The notes under the pieces were generated by a model. The model did not search any database. It was not told the origin of the DNA and worked only from the letters and a program-made list of their open reading frames with translations. From assembly GCF_009914755.1 (NCBI RefSeq), contig NC_060943.1: a stretch of DNA of 64,000 nucleotides. One strand, written 5' to 3'. Below are positions 54,001-64,000 of this stretch, piece by piece (the stretch's first letter is position 1; every line of letters begins with the position of its first letter). This DNA comes from the human T2T-CHM13v2.0 reference genome, Homo sapiens. The translations under genes were made by a program, and so were the position numbers.

Positions 54001-54940
54001 GTAATCAAGAGGTCTGGTGAGGGATGCAGCCTCTGACTCTGACAGTCTTCACAATTGCAGCACACATCCTGGTCTGACTCATCCCAGACCTTCAAATCCC
54101 TGGCAAGAACTAAGCAAGCCAAAGAGGACAGAGGGAGGAGAGCAGAACGAGGGGGCTTGAGAGCCTTTAGCTCTTGGATTTGCCAGCTTCAACCCACAAA
54201 GTCTAGCAAGTAGTAGATTTTACATCAGCTCCAAGTAGAACTTACTCTACACCCACATTTATTTACATGGACTCTAACAAGAAACGAGATGATGTACTAG
54301 ACAGAGGAAAAATTTCATCTGGCCTAATGAGTAAGGCTTCCTTCCAAGAATCCTGGAGGGTGGCTTCACCCATGCAACAAGGACCAGAAACAAGAACGCA
54401 TTTCCATTCAGACAACTGACAAAACAGATTATAAACGTCCAGGCTCCACAAAGAAGAATACGGTCAGGGAAAATACTGAGTGGTTTCAGTATTTGAAACA
54501 AAAGAGAATTCCAGATTGCCGGCTGGTACCTAGCCCACACATGTCTGGGGCAGTTCCCTAGACCAATCTCAGAAGGGCCAGCCAGAATCACTCCAACTGC
54601 CTACGCAAGTTTCCCAGAAGGGCTAACTGGAATCACCCCAACTTCCCACCCAAATTTCCAAAAATAAGGGAGAGAAGGAGAGACAAAAGAAAGAAAGAGG
54701 CCCTTATCAATGTCAGACATAAGTCAAGGCAAGGATTGGTTTGGCCGGTTCTTGAACAATCCAGATAGGTTTAGTGATTAATGTATTAAGTTTAGTCTAA
54801 CATTTCCTTTGACTTGACAAGATGTTCTAGTAGTCCTCACTCATTGTACTCCTGGTGAAAGTTTCAAATCTTGGAAAGGGTAAGAAATACGCAGAGGAGA
54901 TGGCCAGATATAATCCTGGCCATGCCATTTACTGGGCATC

Positions 54941-54947
<7 letters not shown>
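53090..54947. repeat. Inverted duplication of a ~250-bp gag segment (53090-53340 / 54701-54947)
   Basis: Manual reverse-complement match; the shared peptide (L)TRxPVNxMARIISGHLLC appears in ORFs on opposite strands. Confidence 0.92.
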
Positions 54948-54981
<34 letters not shown>

Positions 54982-55132
54982 AGAAGAGCAGACTCACCTA
55001 GGGTCCAGACTTGACTCTCCAAAGCACCAACACCAAAGCAATGGTCCAGAGTGGCCACCTTTGTTACCACCTGGTCAGTTGCCTCTGTCCTCCAGGAAGT
55101 CTTGCTAACTCCTGTGGGGACCTAAAATGAGG

Positions 55133-55150
55133 GTCCCATCTGGGGTACCA
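55133..55150 (-). other. Primer-binding site complementary to tRNA-Arg(CCT)
   Basis: TGGTACCCCAGATGGGAC lies 5 nt inside the 5' LTR. The plus strand reads GTCCCATCTGGGGTACCA, a tRNA-Arg 3' end. Confidence 0.8.
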
Positions 55151-55155
55151 GGAGA

Positions 55156-55973
<818 letters not shown>

Positions 55974-56146
55974 AAACCAGGAGTCAATAAATAAAATGAT
56001 TTATTATTTGAATAATGTATTTGTAGGTTCTTTTGGGTTCTCTACACATACAATCATATTGCTTATGAATTAGTTTAATTCCTTCCATTCTCATCTTTAT
56101 AACTTTTCTTTAGGCTTTCCAATAGATAATTGAATAAAAGATATGA

Positions 56147-56377
<231 letters not shown>

Positions 56378-56998
56378 TAAAGATGGGGTTTTTGCTCAGG
56401 CTGGTCTCGAACTCCTGGGCTCCAGTGATCCACCTCCCTCAGCCTCCCAAAGTGCTGGGATTACACGCATCAGCCACTACACCCAGCCTGTTTTCAATAT
56501 TTTGCTATTAAGTATGATGCTTACCGTAGCATTTTTGAAAGTATACATTATTGTATTAAAGAAGTTTCCTTCTACTTTTAATTGTTTAATCATAAATAGA
56601 TGTTTAACTTTATCAAATGATTTTTCTGCACCTGTCTCAATGATATTAATATCCATTGTTGATCATTACCTTGATGTAGAGTTGCTAACTAAGATACAAG
56701 ACCTCCAGTTCAATTTGAATTTCAGGTGACAATTAATTTTTAGTATAAATATGTCCCATGCCATTTATTGGCTAAATCTGGAAACCTGTCTAGTTCCATT
56801 ATTTCACCAGGGCTTTGCAAAATGGGGATTTTTAATGTATTATTTTCTCTTCATTTATTAACTACAATGCTATTATACAAAGAAGCATCCCCTCATTAAT
56901 TCTCTGGTTACCCTAAATTGTAGTTAATACAGAAAAAGCAACTTAAATGCTTCAATTTTCAGTTTTAGTACATTCTCTCTAAAGGTAACCAAAACGTG

Positions 56999-57045
<47 letters not shown>

Positions 57046-57182
57046 AATATCCTTATGAATGCATGGATTTTTAACATTTGAAGTGGTCAAACCTTAGACC
57101 AGTGGGAGCTGTCTTGGTTTATGGTACATTTCCTACCCAGAACCACAATCATCCATTTCTAAAAGAGCCACAATTCCTATGA

Positions 57183-57518
<336 letters not shown>

Positions 57519-58117
57519 TGAGCACTAGGGGAGGAACTGCCTTTAATATTTTTAATTTTGTAAAACATTTGCACAGTTCCAGAGCCAAAACTTGACAATA
57601 AGTTATCTTCACAGAGCTTTAGCTGCCATCCCTGTCCTCTCCACATTTCCTCCCTTCTCCTGTGAGTAACCATTTTTATGGGATTTTCATTCAACTTTCC
57701 ATCATTTCTCTTTGAAAATATAGGGAAAGACATACATATACAAGTGTGCGTGTCTGTGCATTTCCCTTTCCTTCTTTTGCAAAAGGTAGCATATTATAGC
57801 ATATCATACACATTGTGTTTTCTTCTTTTTGTTTTGTTTTGTTTTGTTTTTATGAGACCAAGTCTCACTCGGCCGCCCAGGCTGGAGCGCAGTGTCACGA
57901 TCTCACCTCACTAACCTCCACCTCCCAAGTTCAAGCGATTCTCCTGCTTCAGCCACTCAAGTATCTGGGATTACAGGTGTGTGCCACCATGCCCGGCTAA
58001 TTTTTGTATTTTTTAGTAGAGACGGGTTTCACCATGTTGGCCAGGCTGGTCTTGAACTCCCGACCTCAGGTGATCCTCCCACCTCAGCCTCCCGAACTAT
58101 TGAGATCACAGAAGTGA

Positions 58118-58340
<223 letters not shown>

Positions 58341-58774
58341 TAGTAGAAATGGAGTTTCTCCATGTTGGTCAGGATGGTTTTGAACTCCTGACCTCAGGTG
58401 ATCCGCCCACCTCAGCCTCCCAAAGCGCTGGGATTACAGGCATGAGCCACTGTGCCTGGCCCATGAGCCACCACGCCAGGCAGGCACGTACTATTTTTCA
58501 TTCCCACTAGCAATGTGAGAGTGCCAATTTTCCCACAACCTTGGCAAGAGTATGTTATCAATCTGATAGGTGAGAAATGGTATCTCGATACAGTTTTATG
58601 TTGCATTTGTAGTATCATGAGATAAATCATTTGTTCATTTAAGGGTTTGCATTTTCTATGAATTCTGTTCTTTTGTTTTCTTACCTTGTTGTGTTTTTGT
58701 CATGCATAAAATTGTAATTATTATGTAGTCAAATGTATCAGTCCTTTCTTTTATTGCTTCTGTAATTTGAATCA

Positions 58775-59107
<333 letters not shown>

Positions 59108-60268
59108 TTAAAACCTAAATGAATAAATTCATTCACATTTAGTAGTTACAGGGTTTCACATTTTAAAATTTAGATCTCTGACCTTTTCACATTTGTCCTG
59201 CTGTGTGGTTTGAGGAATGGGTTTAATTTTATATTCTTCCATAGAGTTGTCAGCTTACTCCAGTATCACTGATTAAAAAGTCCTTCTTGTCTCCAATGAT
59301 TTGAGATGCAACCTTTATCATATACTAAATATCTATATGCATTTGGGTCTGCTCTGGATTCTCTATTCTGTTCCTTCATTCTGTGGTATTCATGTGCTAA
59401 TACCACACTGTTTTCATTAGAGGTTTTCTGTTTTAATATCTAGTCAGGTCGGCCAGGCGCGGTGGCTCATGCCTGTAATCCCAGCACTTTGGGAGGCTGA
59501 GGCATGTGGATCACGAGGTCAGGACCTCAAGACCAGTCTGGCCAACATGGTGAAACCCCGTGTCTACTAAAAATACAAAAATTAGCTGGGCATGGTGGCA
59601 CGCATCTGTAATCCCAGCTGCTCGGGATTACAAAAAACAAGAACAGCTAAGAAAGTTCTGAAAAACTCAGGAGGCTGAGGCAAGAGAATCACTTGAACCC
59701 AGGAGGCAGAGGTTGCAGTGAGCTGAGATTGTGCCACTGCACTCTAGGCTAGCGATATATATATATATATGTGTAGTCAGGTCAGTGGTGCCTCCCTACT
59801 CTGGTCTTTTTCAGAATTTTCTTAGCTGTTCTTGTTTTTCTCATTCTCCCAAATAAGTTTTACAATAACTTCTCTAATTCTAGATAAAAACCTGATGATA
59901 TTTTTGGAGGGATTGCATTACATTTTTAAACTAACTTTTTGAGAGATATTTTTATTATGTGAGTCTCCTATCCAAAACCATTGCCCTTCCATCTATATAT
60001 GTTCATGTTTACCTTTGTGAATAATAGAAAAGCAGACACTATTCACGTTTATCTTTAAAAAAAAAAAAAAAAAAAAAAGCAAAATAGGCCGGGTGTGGTG
60101 GCTCACGCCTGTAATCCCAGAACTTTGGGAGGCTGAGGCAGGAGAATTACTTGAGTCCAGGAGTTCAAGACCAGCCTAGGCAACATGGTGAAACCCCATC
60201 TCTACAAAAAATCAGCTAGGCATGGTGGTGTGCACCTGTAGTTCCAGCTACTCGGAAGGCTGAGGTGG

Positions 60269-61382
<1,114 letters not shown>

Positions 61383-61440
61383 TCAAAAAAAAAAAAAAAA
61401 CAGTAAAATTGATATGTATAGATTTGTGTAACCACCTCCA

Positions 61441-62372
61441 TGAAGGGGTAGGTTGCCCCTCCACACCTCTGGGTGTTTCTCGTTAGGTGGAATGAGAGAC
61501 TTGGAAAAGAAAGAGACACAGAGACAAAGTACAGACAAAGAATAAAGGGGGCCCAGGGAACTGGCGTTCAGCATACGGAGGCTCCACCGGCCTCTGGGTT
61601 CCCTTAGTATTTATTGATCATTCTTGGGTGTTTCTCGGAGAGGGGGATGTGGCAGCGTCATAGGATAATAGTGGAGAGAAGGTCGGCAGATAAACACTTG
61701 AACGAAGGTCTCTGCATCGTAGACAAGGTAAAGAATTAAGTGCTGTGCTTTAGATATGTGTACATAAAAACATCTCAATGCCTTAAAGAACAGTATTGCT
61801 GCCCGCATGTCCCACCTCCAGCCCTAAGGCGGTTTTCCCCTATCTTAGTAGATGGAATATACAATCAGGTTTTACACGAGACATTCCATTGCCCAGGGAC
61901 GGGCAGGAGACAGATGCCTTCCTCTTGTCTCAACTGCAAAGAGGCGTTCCTTCCTCTTTTACTAATCCTCCTCAGCACAGACCCTTTACGGGTGTCGGGC
62001 TGGGGGACGGTCAGGTCTTTCCCTTCCCACGAGGCTGTATTTCAGACTATCACATGGGGAGAAACCTTGGACAATACCTGGCTTTCCTAGGCAGAGGTCC
62101 CTGCGGCCTTCCGCAGTGTTTGTGTCCCTGGGTACTTGAGATTAGGGAGTGGTGATGATTCTTAGGGAGGATGCTGCCTTCAAGCATCTGTTTAACAAAG
62201 CACATCCTGCACAGCCCTTAATCCATTTAACCCTGAGTTGACACAGCACGTGTTTCAGGGAGCACAGGGTTGGCGGTAAGGTTACAGATTACAGAACAAA
62301 ATGGAGTCTCCTATGTCTACTTCTTTCTACACAGACACAGTAACAATCTGATCTCTCTTTCTTTTCCCCACA
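61441..62372 (-). mobile_element. LTR5 (HERV-K HML-2) solo LTR, probably LTR5B
   Basis: Minus strand begins TGTGGGGAAAAGAAAGAGAGATCAGATTG; perfect 6-bp TSD CCTCCA (61435-61440 / 62373-62378); 932 bp. Confidence 0.95.
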
Positions 62373-62691
62373 CCTCCACAATCAAGATACAGTTTCATCA
62401 CCCCAAAACTTCTCTCATGCTGTCCTTTTGTAGTATCCCTCCCCACCAACCCCTGGAAACCAGTGACCTCGTCTCTGTTCCTTTAATCTTGTGTTTTCAA
62501 GAATGTCATACAAATGGAATCAGAAAGTACGTCACCTCCAGTCCTATGTACCCATTTGACTATGGAAAATTTCCACTCGAATGTCCCACAGGTACCTTAG
62601 CTCAACCTCATTGCTCTCCTTCCAATATGCCCCTCCTCCTATGTCTAGATTCTAGTCAAACACTATGCCATCATCCAGCAGTCCAAGCTAG

Positions 62692-62933
<242 letters not shown>

Positions 62934-63357
62934 TAGTAGAGACGGGGTTTCTCCATGTTGGTCAGGTGGTTTTGAACTCCCGACCTCTGGTGATCTGCCT
63001 GCCTCGGCCTCCCAAAGTGCTGGGATTACAGGCATGAGCCACTGCACCCGGCTCTAATTACTCTCTTAATCTCATTGCTTATATGTTCTTTATATCTCTC
63101 AAAACAATCTATTTCTAAATCCACAACCATTTTACAAGTGATTCTGGCAACCACCTCTCAACTGGATTATTCCAACAGCTTTCTGGGTTTTTTTGCTGAG
63201 TCTTATCCTTTTGAGTCTCTATCTACATCACAGTAAGCATGATCATCCTAAACAAACACAAATCTTGTTAAGTCATTCCCCCAATCCCCCACTCCCTGCC
63301 ACTTAAAACCCTTCACGGGTTGTCCCTTGCCCTCAGGACAAATTGTAAGCTCCTTAG

Positions 63358-63696
<339 letters not shown>

Positions 63697-64000
63697 TAGT
63701 AGAGATGGGGGTTTTACCATGTTGGCCAGGATGGTCTCGATCTCCTGACCTCGTGATCCGCTCACCTCAGCCTCCCAAAATGCTGGTATTACAGGCATGA
63801 GCCACCACGCCTGGCTCTCCTCACCTTTCTTAGCTAATTAGTACTTGTCCTTCAGGTCTCACCTTGGCTCTAACCTCCTGGCTGGACCAATGCTCTACCT
63901 TTCTAATTCCTGCAGGAAAACACTGGACTTTTCTCTTTTTCCTTAGTAGAGAAGTTTTCAAAGTGGGACTGCAGACCCTTGCATGTCCCTGATCCCTTCA

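Noticed and set aside
55133-55150. tRNA gene
   Set aside because: Only the 3' 18 nt, including CCA, match; it is a retroviral PBS.

Overview
Human/hominoid genomic DNA, recognisable as the 5' half of FCGBP (IgGFc-binding protein, 19q13.2) on the minus strand plus ~27 kb of upstream, retroelement-rich sequence. Ten coding exons join through GT-AG junctions into one open frame of 4927 nt (~1642 aa): signal peptide, IgGFc-binding N-terminal domain and three VWD-C8-TIL modules with GDPH sites. The gene continues past position 1. Upstream lie an old L1M, then a decayed two-LTR class I ERV provirus (43785-55973, minus strand, tRNA-Arg PBS) containing a nested solo LTR, a MaLR LTR, Alus and a young, ORF-intact PRR13 retrocopy. 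Beyond it are an LTR7 (HERV-H) solo LTR interrupted at its start site by a near-perfect ~520-bp inverted copy of nearby DNA, and an LTR5 (HERV-K HML-2) solo LTR. I found no evidence for a new multi-gene system. The best leads are: (i) a probable hidden TATA-driven non-coding micro-exon of FCGBP, masked by a repeated CTGCAG at both splice sites; (ii) the intact PRR13 ORF at the 3' end of the env region of a co-oriented provirus; (iii) a series of locally templated inversions and duplications, including a non-transposon inverted repeat in the FCGBP upstream region. Repeat subfamily names and reference protein sequences are recalled, not searched.
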